Shown: positions 1-12,336 of the stretch, one piece after another
Layout of the letters: every line of letters begins with the position of its first letter
Position numbering within the stretch: the first letter of the stretch is position 1
Origin: Octopus bimaculoides
Taxonomy: Eukaryota
Length of the DNA: 64,000 nt
Direction of reading: 5' to 3'
NCBI RefSeq assembly: GCF_001194135.2
Contig: NC_068993.1
Location: forward strand, 55,215,431-55,279,430
Program-made: the position numbers and the translations under genes
Notes under the pieces: generated by a model
Told to the model about the DNA's origin: nothing
What the model saw: only the letters and a program-made list of their open reading frames with translations
The model's database searches: none

Positions 1-380
1 CACCAGTCCCCAGTCAAATCGTCCAACCCATGCTAACATGGAAAGCGGACGTTAAATGATGATGATGATGATGATGATGATATACACATATACATTTATG
101 TGTGTGTGTCTTTATGTCTGTGTGTCCCCTATCACTGCTTGATAAGCAGTGTTGGTGTTCTTTTATTCTTTTACTTGTTTCAGTCATTTGACTGCGGCCA
201 TGCTGGAGCACCACCTTTAGTCGAGCAAATCGACCCCGGGAGTTATTCTTTGTAAGCCTAGTACTTATTCTATCGGTCTCTTTTGCCGAACCGCTAAGTT
301 ACGGGGGACGTAAACACACCACCAATGGTTGTCAAGCGATGGTGGGGGGACAAACACAGACACACAAACACACACATATA

Positions 381-546
381 CGACGGGCTTCTTTCAGTTT
401 CCATCTACCAAATCCACTCACAAGGCTTTGGTCGGCCCGAGGCCACAGTAGAAGGCACTTGCCGAAGGTGCCACGCAGTGGTACTGAACCTGGAACCATG
501 TGGTTGGTAAGCAAGCTACTTACCACACAGCCACTCCTGCGCCTAT
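381..546 (-). mobile_element. tRNA-derived SINE with CORE-like central motif
   Basis: Head GGAGTGGCTGTGTGGTAAG..GGTTCAGTACC; body GGCACCTTCGGCAAGTG resembles the CORE motif ACCTTGGGCAAGT. Many copies, e.g. ~15620, 16330, 30410, 38950, 43780, 50720, 58980, 60635. Confidence 0.8.
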
Positions 547-1514
547 GTTTACACTCTGTAAATTAGTAGTTTGGTAAAGGAGACCAATAGAATAATACCA
601 GGCTTAAAGTAATTAAGTGTTGGGGTGAATTCATTCAACTAAAAATTCTTCAAGGCAGTGCCCCAGCACGGTCGCAATCTCATGAATGAAACAAGTAAAA
701 GATAAATGACAGCATGGAATTTTGATGGAGGGTTTTGATTTAGACCATTTAAAACAGGGAGTTTGTATCATAGAAGCAGAAACAGTTTCGGGTGAATTGG
801 TACCAAAAAAGGGTTAATGAAGAATAACGCATTTTGGAACTCAGCGACTTCAATCTTGAATCTACTTTAGGCTCTCTTCAGACTTGCTACACCTGTCACA
901 TGTTTCTTGAATTAAATGCAGAATATAGTGATGAGTTGACAAACATTAACTGACAGTAATTATACAGTTCTCCTTGCAGCACATGACTCAATCTATTGTT
1001 GCAGATATAGAGAGAGAAATATTTTTAGAATACGGTTGGGTAGAAAGTATGTCAACAGTCTAACTGACAATTCAGTGATTGTGATGATGGTGATGATGAT
1101 GATGATGATGATGATGACAAGAAGATTGAGGGTAAGAAATTATGAAATTATCTATCTAGCTATATGTTCTTTTATTCTTTTATTTGTTTCAGTTATTTCA
1201 CTGCGGCCATGCTGGAGCACTGCCTTTAGTCGAAATAAATCGACACCAGGACTTATTCTTTGTAAGCCTAGTGCTTATTCTATCAGTCTCTTTTGCCGAA
1301 CCTCTAAGTTACAGATATGTAAACACACCAACATTGGCGATGTTGGGGGGACAAACACAGACACATAAACATGTACACCCCCCCACAAATATATATACGA
1401 TAGACTTATTTCAGTTTCTGTCTACAGTGTTAAGAAGAAATAATTAGGTGGTAAGAAAAGAATATTATTAGTCAATAAGTAATAGTTTATTTATTTCAAC
1501 AGGTATGGGAGATG

Positions 1515-1558
1515 ACTGTAGACATGTTTCAGTCTTGTTATGACTTCATCAGCAAAGC
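1515..1558 (-). ncRNA. Minimal type-I hammerhead ribozyme motif (canonical core)
   Basis: Minus strand GCUUUG-CUGAUGA-AGUC(AUAACAA)GACU-GAA-ACAUGU-C-UACAGU: full core, 4-bp helix II, palindromic helix III, GUC site; helix I has one mismatch. Confidence 0.65.
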
Positions 1559-3299
1559 ATAAATTTCACCATACTTGCGGAAATAGCAAGTAGGAAAACA
1601 TAAAACAATTATTAAGAGGATAAATCATTCTGAGTTAAGTTTTTAATGCTTCAAAAATTAAATGTTTTCCTTCACAGCCTAATACACTTTTATTTACTGT
1701 TTTCTTTTTAACTCGTAAATTTCTTTTTGACTATTAAATTTCATATTAATACCAAGCTGACACCAGATTATACACAGACTAAATTCTTTTTTTTTAAATA
1801 TATCAATGCAAACATCCCATTTTATACATTACTATAGTTTAGAAAAATGAACAAAAAAGATCTCACTCAAGCTACTGAAAACATGACTTGGAAATATTTC
1901 TGAGAAGTGATTTGTATGAATGGAGAAGGCGGTGGTGGGAGTGCTGTGAGAAGTATGTACAATATGTATGTGGTCAGCTTTGCTTCCCATTCAGCTGACA
2001 GTGTGATGTGGTGACTAATGTGGGGGAGGACAGTGTAACATGTCTCAACAAATCAAAACATGTCAGAAGACAGTTGCTGCAATTTTGAAATGGAATGGGT
2101 GTGGTGGGGTGGGGTGGTTTCAAACTAAAATAAATTTCTTGCTCTATTTGTTCCAGTAAATATATTCAATATGGGTGTGTCTCTTTCAAAGTAACTGTGG
2201 TATAAAGTTGTGTGTGTGTGTGTGTCAGTATGTATATCTGTATGCACACACACACACACAAATATGTATGTGAATATATAATTTGTGTATGTGTATGTAT
2301 GCATGTGTGAATATATAAAATATGAGTATGTCACAGAAGTCTGTCGCAGGCCTCAGCCTGGCCGGCTCTTGTACTGTCCCGCCCATGCTAGCATGGAAGA
2401 TGGACATTAAACGACAATGATGATGGTGATGATAACAAGTGAGTATGTATGTATGCATATGTGTATGTCATCATCATCATCATCACCATTAAACGACCAT
2501 GTTCCATGCTGGTATGGATTGGACAGTTTGATAGGATCCAGTCTGGCCGTGAAGTGGGAACAGACGGATATAATGCCCATTACAGTAAGATAGTAAATCT
2601 GCCCATCTATGATGGGACTGAACCAAGAACCTCATGGTCAGGAAGCAAACTTGTCACCACACAGCCAAACCCGTACCTATATATGTTGCTTTCTCAGTTT
2701 GAGCATTGTTACTGCTATTGACTGTAGGTGATGGTGATGCTGCTGCTGATAGTTTTTAATTGATTAATTTTCTTTTTCTGTTTCATCACTTTTCCTACAG
2801 AGGTTCTTTCTTTCTTTCTCTCTCTCTTGGGAACCTACTTTTATTGTTGTACATGAGTTGTGTTGGAGTGGAGTTTGAACATATATAACAATATCTTCAA
2901 ACAACAACTAACTTGATTTTATGCCTGAAGAAGCATGTGAAAAAGCTTAGTCAACAAACAATAGATAAAGTATGATTGGTTTCTGGTTTGCTATGTGTAA
3001 ATCCCCATATTTATTTGTCTTCATTCGCATGAGGTCGATAAAATAAATACTAGATTCTGTGCAATCAATTATATCAAAGAAGGCAGTGCTCCAGCTTGGC
3101 CACAATTTATACACATATGTACACACACACACATATGTATACACACTATGTGATCAAAAGTGTCCAAAAACCCCAATGATGATTAAGTACAAGTTTGGAC
3201 TACCCTCCATCAGGAACACAGGTACAATGTTGATCCACCCTTAGCCTCGACAACAGCCTCCACTCTCACAGGCATACTTTCAGTCAGGTGGTGGAAGAT

Positions 3300-3625
3300 T
3301 TCCTAGGGAATGGGAGCCCATTCTTCACAGAGTGCCAAAATGAGCAAGGGTATCGATGTGGGTTGCTTCCATTCAGATATAGATAGTCCAAATAGTTCTA
3401 AAAGTTTCCACTTAATTTTGTATAGGATTGCTTCCTCTTTTAACTGCCATATATACTTGGTGAATGTTGTAACACTGCACCTCCCTTGAATTTGAAAAGA
3501 GGATATGTGATTATTCAACCTAGCTTTAAAGGGGCTTTGTGTTGCTCCATTGTTGTTGGATTACATCACTTCTGCTTCACAGACCACAGTTTCTGTGTTG
3601 CACTACCCAATCACTGGACACTCTC
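3300..3625 (-). mobile_element. Penelope-like element GIY-YIG endonuclease remnant
   Basis: Broken translation ECPVIG*CNTETVVCEAEV...PFKARLNNHISSFQ...TTFTKYIWQLKEEAILYKIKWKLLE, typical of the Penelope GIY-YIG domain (CPL.G.C...VVY.A...FK.RYNNH.SSF...SKYIW.LK). Confidence 0.7.
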
Positions 3626-5087
3626 TTTAAACTCTATATGAACATTCTGCATCTGCTTAGGGTTTTGGGGTACTCATTAATATTCTTTTTGACTCTAACA
3701 CACAGCTGAATGAAATTCAGATGCTGTTCTTATGAGCAGAAATTGGTTTTCATAACACAGTCATGCCCATTGTTGAACTGGGGATTGACATGTACACAAG
3801 TGCTTCAACCATGGCTAACATTAATCCAGGGGAAGTAACTCTCTGTATCCCCCCCCCCGCTGGAAAATGTTATAATTTTTTTGTTTCCTTCTGCTTTTTT
3901 TTTTTTTTTTTTTTTTGCTTAAGCAACAGTGAATAATCCATGGCCTCTATACATCTTCAGTATAAAAGAGGCTATGAGTTTCCAATTAGTAATACTGTCT
4001 AGTGCAACAGTTGGTGCAAAACCAGTTATATGGCATAACTAATAATATATATTGCTCAACAATATACTCAAGAATATACTCAATATACTCAAGAATATGG
4101 CTATGTGGGTATGGAGTTCACTTTGTAACCAAGTGGTCACATGTTCTTTCACAGTATGGCATCTTGGTCAGATTTGAGCTGACCAATGCCTTGTGAATGG
4201 AAATAATAGATAGAAACTGTAGGAGTTCCCATTGTATACACATACATATGTGTGCATATGCCCCTGCATATGTGCCTTGTCAATGTCTACATTCCACCCC
4301 TTTACATGAAATTTTTGAAGTAAAAATGGTTGTGTTTATTGACATTCATTGACAGAAAATTGTCCTCTAGTTCTACAGTTTCAACATCACATGGAATTTA
4401 AAAAATCCCTAATTTAAAAACACAGGTAATGATCAGTGACAGGAAAGGCATCTAACTTTAAAACAATGCTTCGATAGTATATATATATGTGTCCAAGCCT
4501 AATTAGCATGGAAAAATGGACATAAAAAGAATTGGCATTCAAGCACTGACAAACATGATCCTGTCTTCTGGTCCACGTGTGATCTGCCACCTTTTTCTGA
4601 TAATGGCTTCTGCTCTCAGAGCCATCGGGTTTTATACATTCACCATTTAAGTACCCCCAGACACACTCAAGAATAATATTCCTGTTTGCAACTAGACAGG
4701 AAAAATGTATTCAACATGGTAAAGTAAAATGAAATAAGATTTATGCAAAGCAGAAGTCGAGCAAGTTACTACTCAAGTCTTGTGTTTGGGCAGCTACTCA
4801 AGTTATACTCCCTGACCAAAGCTGGAGGAGTAACTCCCTTAAACTCAGCCTAGAACAAAACTATTTNNNNNNNNNNNNNNNNNNNNNNNNNNNNNNNNNN
4901 NNNNNNNNNNNNNNNNNNNNNNNNNNNNNNNNNNNNNNNNNNNNNNNNNNNNNNNNNNNNNNNNNNNNNNNNNNNNNGGGTGGGGGTGGGGGTAAATAGA
5001 TAGGTAGACAGATAAACAGATCTTGCCAATATTTTTCTGGTTTACCTGTACTTGTGAAGGTACTTAAGTTCTAACCATTTACACTTG

Positions 5088-5120
<33 letters not shown>

Positions 5121-5623
5121 AATTAGATAGGGAGATAGACATACTAGGAGGCAATGTTCACATGCAAAAAATGGCCTTGACATATCAACAAAGTACTATG
5201 CCTTTATTAGACCAACAGTAAAGCGGAAATTCCACTGGTTATGTGGAACAGAGCCCAAATATTTCTCCTGGTTGTCAGTAGCTTTGTAATTGACATTATT
5301 CCAATTCCACGGTTTACATCACACCTTACTANNNNNNNNNNCATCTTATTATGAATTACCAATAGTCCTTCCATTTATATACACCAAATCTCTAATACCA
5401 AAATTCTTTTATTCTATCAACCCCCACCCTGTCCTTATGTTTATACTACAAAGCATGTTTCTGGGGTAAAGAATTTTGCATCTTTTAGTATGTGGTTAGG
5501 TCTTCTATTACAGCCTTAGGTTCATCAATACATTGTAGTGGTAACTGGTAGACAGGCACTAGGAGGAAATCCATCATGTGTGTGTGTGTGTGTGTGTGTG
5601 TGATGCAATTCAATGACTTAAAC

Positions 5624-5655
<32 letters not shown>

Positions 5656-5658
5656 TAT

Positions 5659-5700
<42 letters not shown>

Positions 5701-5849
5701 CCTTTAAGAGTTTGTTTACGGGAAACATTTTGAATATGCATCTACAAGCCCCTATTCCATTATGCTGGCAACAGGCTAATGATGCCAACTGGCAATACCA
5801 GTTTTTGGGGAGATCACACCAAGCTGTGCCAATACAATGTAGGATAAAT

Positions 5850-5853
<4 letters not shown>

Positions 5854-5910
<57 letters not shown>
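5854..5910. repeat. (AAT)n microsatellite
   Basis: Pure aat run; an (AGAT)n/(TA)n compound lies at 5623-5700. Confidence 0.95.
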
Positions 5911-5913
<3 letters not shown>

Positions 5914-6195
5914 TCCTTGGATGGAATTTATAAATATTTGCGTAGCGATGCATTAAAATATTTATTAATTCCATCCAAGGATTATCATTATTATTGCTAT
6001 ATATATATATATACATACACACACATAGAACTTAGCAGTGCAGCAAAAGAGAATGATAGAATAAATACCAGGCTTAAAAAAAAAGATAAGTACTGAGGTT
6101 GATTCATTCAACTAAAAGTTCTTCAAGGCAGTGCGCCAGCATAGCCACAATCAAATGACTGAAACAAGTAAAAGATAATACATACACACTCATAT

Positions 6196-6610
6196 ACATC
6201 ATCATCATCATGATCATCGTTTAACGTCCGCTTTCCATGCTAGCATGGGTTGGACGATTTGACTGAGGACTGGTGAAACCGGATGGCAACACCAGGCTCC
6301 AGTCTGATTTGGCAGAGTTTCTACAGCTGGATGCCCTTCCTAACGCCAACCACTCAGAGAGTGTAGTGGGTGCTTTTACGTGTCACCCGCACGAAAACGG
6401 CCACGCTCGAAATGGTGTCTTTTATGTGCCACCCGCACAAGCCAGTCCAGGGGCACTGGCAACGATCTCGCTCGAAAATCCTACAGGAGCCAGTCAGGCG
6501 GTACTGGCAACGGCCACGCTCAAAATGGTGCATCTCATGTGCCACCCGCACAAGAACCAGTCCAGGGGCACTGGCAACGATCTTACTTGGCTTGCCGGGT
6601 CTTCTCACGC
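6196..6610 (-). mobile_element. Non-autonomous retroelement with (ATG)n tail and internal ~75-bp direct repeat
   Basis: (cat)n-tttaacgtccgctttccatgctagcatgggttggacg family, also at 1-80, ~6910, 10230, 29590, 34930 and 61860; direct repeat 6396-6468 / 6509-6583. Confidence 0.7.
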
Positions 6611-8528
6611 ACAGCCCATTTCCAAAATATATATAAATAATCGTTGAGAAATAAATGTAATAAAACAAGGTTAAAACGAATAACAATATAAATTTATATT
6701 TCTGTTTTTGTAATATTTTACAATTTACAAAGTAAAGCAATTTCCAAAAATATCTCATTTCCTTTGATCTTGGAATGACTATTTACAGTTTAGGTGAAAA
6801 TCTTTTCTTCATTTCTCCTTCATTAAGTTAAACAACATAGAGGTGAAGTAAATAGGTGTTATGTTGAGGTATCTTTTGAAGCACAGTAACGACTGGTTGT
6901 TGTTGTCATCGTCATCGTTTAGCACCTGTATTCCATGCAGGCATGGGTTGGACCATTTGATAAGATCCAACAAGCAGGAGGACCACATTGAGCTCCAATG
7001 TCTATTTTGACATGGTTTCTACAGCTAAATGCTCTTTCTAATGCCATCCACTTTATAGAGTGTCCAGAGTGCTTTCTCATGTAACTGGCACTAATGAGGT
7101 CACCAAATAAACTCTCAAAACAAGACCCCTTGATTGAAATGGTGTAGAATTGAATGAGGTGGCATTGTGCCAGATATGTAAGTAAAGCCTCCTTTCTAAG
7201 ACAGATCTTAGGATCTATCTTAAAAATGAGTTGTCTGCTCATTGGTGGCATCATCATCATCATCAACCATATTCTGCACAGCTATCATATGATAGATATT
7301 TCTGCATATGTCTGTTGGGGAAGGACACCTCAGGTCCCAGCAGAGAGTGCCTTGGTCAGCTAATTGCCCATTTGCTATTATACCCTAAAAAGGCCCCCCT
7401 CTCCTAACAGACTAGGAATATAAAGAGAGATACTAGTTTATTTCTATAAAACTCCCTACCACATTACATAGTTTCATAGACATATCAACACTCCCTGGCT
7501 GCGCTATGGACTAGAACCCTTACCTGCACAATCAGAGAATAAGAAAGACACAAGTAAATGTAGGGAAGTCAGGATCCCATTTAGTCTGAATTAAGACAGA
7601 GCGAATACAAAACCATTTCTATAATATCCCTTCCATGCCCTGTAAATGCCATGGAGATATCCACATACTCTAGCTACCCCTATAGACTTGTATAGAGGCA
7701 ATCCTTTATATCAAACAGTCTTCATTATAATCTTGGTACAATATTGATTTCAAACTCCAGCACAAGGCCAGCAAGTTTGGGGAAGAAGGTAAATCGATTG
7801 CATCAGTTCCAGTGGTCAACTGGTATTTATTTTATCCACCCTGAAAGGATGAAAGGCAAAGTCTACCTCAGCAAGAGGAGATACCAGGCTGATCCCAAGG
7901 ACTAGAGAGAGAGGAGGTCCTTAACTAAACGCCATGCAACCAAAAAGGATGAAAGGTAAAGTTGACCTTCACAGAATTTGAACTCAGAACATAAAGACGG
8001 ATGAAATGCTGCTCAGCACTTTGCCCAGTGTGCTAACAATTCTGCCAGCTCGCCACCTTATAATAATGATAATTCTTTCTACTATAGGCACAAGGCCTGA
8101 AATTTTGGGGGAGGGGGTAGTTGAGATTACATTGGCTCCAGTACTCAACTGGTACTTATTTTATCGACCCCCAAAAGGAAGAAAAACAAAGTTGACCTCG
8201 GTGGAATCCAAACTCAGAATGTGAAGATGGACAAAATCATTTTGCCCAGCATGCTGACGATTCTGCCAGCTCACAGCCTTAATAATAACAATAATAATAA
8301 TGTTAGGCACAAAACCAGCAATCCAAGAGGAGTTAGTTGATTTAAACTAAATGCAGGACTTGACTGGTATATTATTTTATCAACCCTAGAAGGTGAAAGA
8401 CAAAATCTAACCATGGCACAATTTGAAAAATTAGAATTTAAAAAAGAGACATAACTGAATCCTATTAAACATTTGTTTGATGTGCCACAGCCCTACCTGA
8501 ATATCACCCTGCAACAATCACCCTCACC

Positions 8529-8934
8529 TTATGTTTTTGAAAATATGTCTGATGTAATTGCAGATCTCTTTTGAAAGGCATGCCATGCTGCAGCAAAATC
8601 TTTCAGTTGGTCACCACTGAGAGTCCATCTGCTGTGAAGTTTCCTCCTCTTAGCCTCCCACTCATACCTCATCTTCTTCAAAGCATTTGGCATCATCTCT
8701 CGCGATTCATACGCATGATGACCTCCTTGAGAGGAAGACTCCTTGTTGAAGTCATCGTTGTTGTCCTGGTTGAATTTCAACAGGACCTCACACATGGCCT
8801 GAAGTTGGTGATGAAGAGTCTGTAAGAAGGTGACAACTTGATGTTTATGTCGGTCAGTTTGAGGAAGGATGAGGACATCGTCAGGTAGTCTGCTGTAGAG
8901 GAAGTGAAGGACAGGCAGGATGGAGGACTCCTCG
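8529..8934 (-). CDS. FANCB: FANCB terminal coding exon 8
   Basis: tttctgtccattgcag acceptor; 406 nt = 1 + 135 codons including TAA. Phase 2 completes CA+C=His from exon 7. EESSILPVLHFLYSRLPDDVLIL...KKMRYEWEAKRRKL...AITSDIFSKT* resembles the FANCB C-terminus. Confidence 0.8.
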
Positions 8935-11104
8935 CTGCAATGGACAGAAATAATTGAAAGTAAGACAAGAAAGAAGTGGTAAGAATATGAGAGAGAGAGA
9001 GAGAGAGCTTAGGAAATGAATGTTGTGAGAAACAGCAGAAATGGCGAAAGTAGAAGAGAGAGAAATAAACAAAGAGATAGAAAGAGAGAGTGTGTGTGTG
9101 AGAAAGAGTGTGTGTGTGTGTGAGAAACAAAGAGAGAGTGTGAGAGAGAAACAAAGAGAGAAAGACAAGAAATGGAAGAATACACTATACTATCTCACAG
9201 ACATACAGAACATTCTACTCAGTTGACATACACACTCACACACACACTACATTACCACTCAACAGATATCATCCAGTCAGTCAACACCACATGTTGACTA
9301 TGACAGCACAACTGGCTATTCTTATATACACTGGTCAAAATTGTTAATGTTTTTAACAGATACAAATGGCTTCTTTGTGATCCATACCAGAACTCTTTTG
9401 GTCTTTCCTTTCATATTGAAGCCTTTAGCATTCAGATTTCTTTGTCAAATGTATGGTTTATTTATTCACACATTATCTTGTAGCTTCAAGATTTCAATGT
9501 TGTGTTTGTATATATTTAGAATGATATTGTAGGGTAGGTGTGAGAGATAGGATCTGGTCAGTTTTAACATAAAACAGAGAATATTTGGGCTGGATATGGC
9601 TGGATTAAATGCTAATGGGTTAAATCATTAACTTATCCTTGACCTCTACAGTTAGTTAAGTCAAACTTACTCTCCCCTATCTCTCTCTCTCTCTCTCTCT
9701 CTGAAAATCAAATATACTTTCATATAATCCTTTGCAGTATCTATATCTGGTTTACAGCCAACAAACTGTTCCTTTATTGAAATATTTTCTATATCTAAAA
9801 ATAGTATTGGAAGTAAAAACTACTCCAAATGACCTATATCTGGCATACAGTCTCAAATAAGGTTAAAAATATTTGATTTCTTTAGCTCAGTTTCAGATAT
9901 TTTCTTGAACAGCTTTTACCAACAAATTGATTATTTTGTTCTGAACTTTTTTTTTGTTTTTGGTTACAAGTATATGTGAGTTTCTTTATACACAATCCAA
10001 CATAAATGTTTATTCATTGTCAGATCAAATATTCCGTGTAGCTGAACAAGATCTAAAATGCCCATTGTGTTGTGTGGTGTAAATAATGTGTTTGAAGATT
10101 TTCTGAAAGCCAAATTCTTATCAGCAAAATAAATTGATGCTCTTTAGACATCTGAAAACTTTACACTACAACTGATGCTCTCATTATTTTTGTACATGTA
10201 ACTGCATCTCCTTAACTTCATCATGCACCATCATCATTTTAACATCTGCTTTTCCATGCTAGCATGGGTCGGATGGAATTTATTAAAGCAGATTTTCTAC
10301 AGCCAGATGCTCTTCCTGTTTTCAAGCAAGGGGATATTTCTGCATGTTCTCACAGAATACTGGAAATGAATAATAGTATTACTTGAAGATACTGTGACAA
10401 TCATTTTATAACTATCACATGATGTCAAAACAAGGAAACACACACACACACCATATATATGATGGGCTTCTCTTAGTTTCTGTCTACCAAATCCATTCAC
10501 AAGACTTATCAGCCTAAGGCTATAATTGGAGACACTTGCCAATGATGCCATGCAGTGGGACTGAACCTAAAACTATGTAGTTGGGAAGCAAACTTCTTAC
10601 TGCACAGTCACTCTTGCATCTTAACATCAGCAGCCATAACGAAATCTCAGCCCACTTTTTTTTTTTTTTTTTCAGAAATTTCAGATGATGTATGGAATGT
10701 TTATGTGATTGTAAATATTCATGAACATGCTTGCAGCCATTAATTCCAGATTTTTCTTTTTGCACCAAAAGCAATAAATCTTATTGGTGTTTTCTGAATA
10801 AACAAACCGCCTTCTAAGAAAAATTTCACTGTTGATAATTTTCCTATACATCACTGTCAGCTGTGAGAAACTATGTTTATTTGCATCTTTCGGAAAGTTG
10901 CACTGGTCGTTCCTAACATAGCTGCTTTAAGCCTCTATAATATCTTCACCACCATCATCATGAAACCTGGAAAGCTGTAAGCCTCTGTGATGTTATTTTC
11001 ACATCACAATACCCCCACTACCTCTATGGAGATGAGATAACTCCAAATGTCTATACATCGCTTTGAAGTCCATCCTCACCTCCAAGACTCCCACTGACAT
11101 TTTT

Positions 11105-11335
11105 TTAACCCTTTAGCATTTAAACTGGCCATATCAAGCAAAAATATTCTATCTGTTTTATGTTATTAAAACTGACAAGATCCAGCCTCTCACACCTACC
11201 CTACAATGTCATTCTAGAAAAATACAAACACACCACTGAAATCTTGAAACTGCAACATAATGTATGATTAATTCAAAACAATGTGAATAAATAAGAATTA
11301 CATTTGACAGAGTAATTTCAATGCTAAAGGATTAA
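11105..11335. mobile_element. piggyBac-type MITE (TTAA-CCCTTTAGCATT termini)
   Basis: ttaaccctttagcatt...aatgctaaaggattaa. Related partial copies end at 11518 and ~11930; others at ~9440-9625 and ~51170-51390. Confidence 0.7.
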
Positions 11336-12039
11336 GCCAGCCATATCAAATCCAATATTCTACCTGTTTTATGTTCAAGCTGGCTAGATCCATCCTATCA
11401 CACTTACCCAACAATGTCACCCTAAATATACACTACAAAATAATACATGATTAATTCAAAGCGATGTGAATAAACAAGCATTACATTTGACAGAGAAATC
11501 TAAATGCTAAAGGGTTAAATAGCTATAAGCCTCTATATTCCTACTTACACCATTGCAACCATGGTCCCAGGTTTGTTCAAACCCAGGGTTGTAGTACCCA
11601 GTTATAGGTCAAATAGCAGAAGGTTGTCCTAAAGCTGGCCCCTAGACATGTATTACATAGACACCTAGTGTGCCCTGATGTCATATAAACCAGTCCTATG
11701 CCTAAGGTTTAGCCTCTCAAGATTTAAATTGACCATATCTAGACAAGACATTCCACCCATTTTGTTTAAATTGGCCAGATCCAACCTCTCACACCTACCA
11801 TACAACATCATTCTAGAATTACCCACATCATCAAAATCTCAAAGCTATGAGACGATGCACGATCAATTCACAACGTGAACAAATAAGCGTTACATTTGAC
11901 AGAGTAATCTGAATGCTGAATGGTTAAGTAGGGCCTGGGCCTGAAAGGTAGACTCAGAAGAGCAGGAAACAAGCCGGGTGAAATATAAATAAGCTGGCGG
12001 AAAAGCAATAGGAAACCATTGCAGTGTCTTTCCCCAAAA

Positions 12040-12336
12040 TAATTATGAACATTATTTACATCTGACGGATATTTGTCCTCATCTTTGTTGTTAACACAAC
12101 GTTTCGGCTGATATACCCTCCAGCCTTCGTCAGGTGTCTTGGGGAAATTTCGAAACCTGGATTCTCATTCCTGAGGTATTTTTCGTTGTCGTTGTTGTTG
12201 TTATTATTGTTATTGTTATTATTGTTATTATTATCATTATTATTATTATTATTATTCAGGTCACTGCCTGGAATCAAACTCGGAATCTTGGGTTAGTAGC
12301 CCGCTCTTAACCACTACGCCATATGCTCGTGGGCGT
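12040..12336 (-). mobile_element. tRNA-derived SINE with central (AAT/AAC)n and hammerhead-bearing tail
   Basis: A box TGGCGTAGTGG, B-box-like GAGTTTGATTCC, GGG-CTACTAA-CCC anticodon-like stem-loop, microsatellite, then hammerhead motif. Second copy at 31598-31770. Confidence 0.75.
12093..12138 (-). ncRNA. Minimal type-I hammerhead ribozyme motif at SINE 3' end
   Basis: Minus strand GACAC-CUGACGA-A-GGCUG(GAGGGUAUAU)CAGCC-GAA-ACGU-U-GUGUU: 5-bp helix I, 5-bp helix II, ACGU palindrome, GUU site, extra A after A9. Confidence 0.7.

Noticed and set aside
381-546. tRNA gene calls for the many A/B-box-bearing heads
   Set aside because: They lack a full cloverleaf/acceptor stem and continue into conserved SINE bodies.
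845-885. Minus-strand CUGAAGAGAGCC... motif
   Set aside because: No GAAA core or helix II closure.
2915-2955. Hammerhead-like string CUGAAGA...GAAAAAGCUUAGUC
   Set aside because: No credible helix II and poor helix I; at best a decayed terminus.
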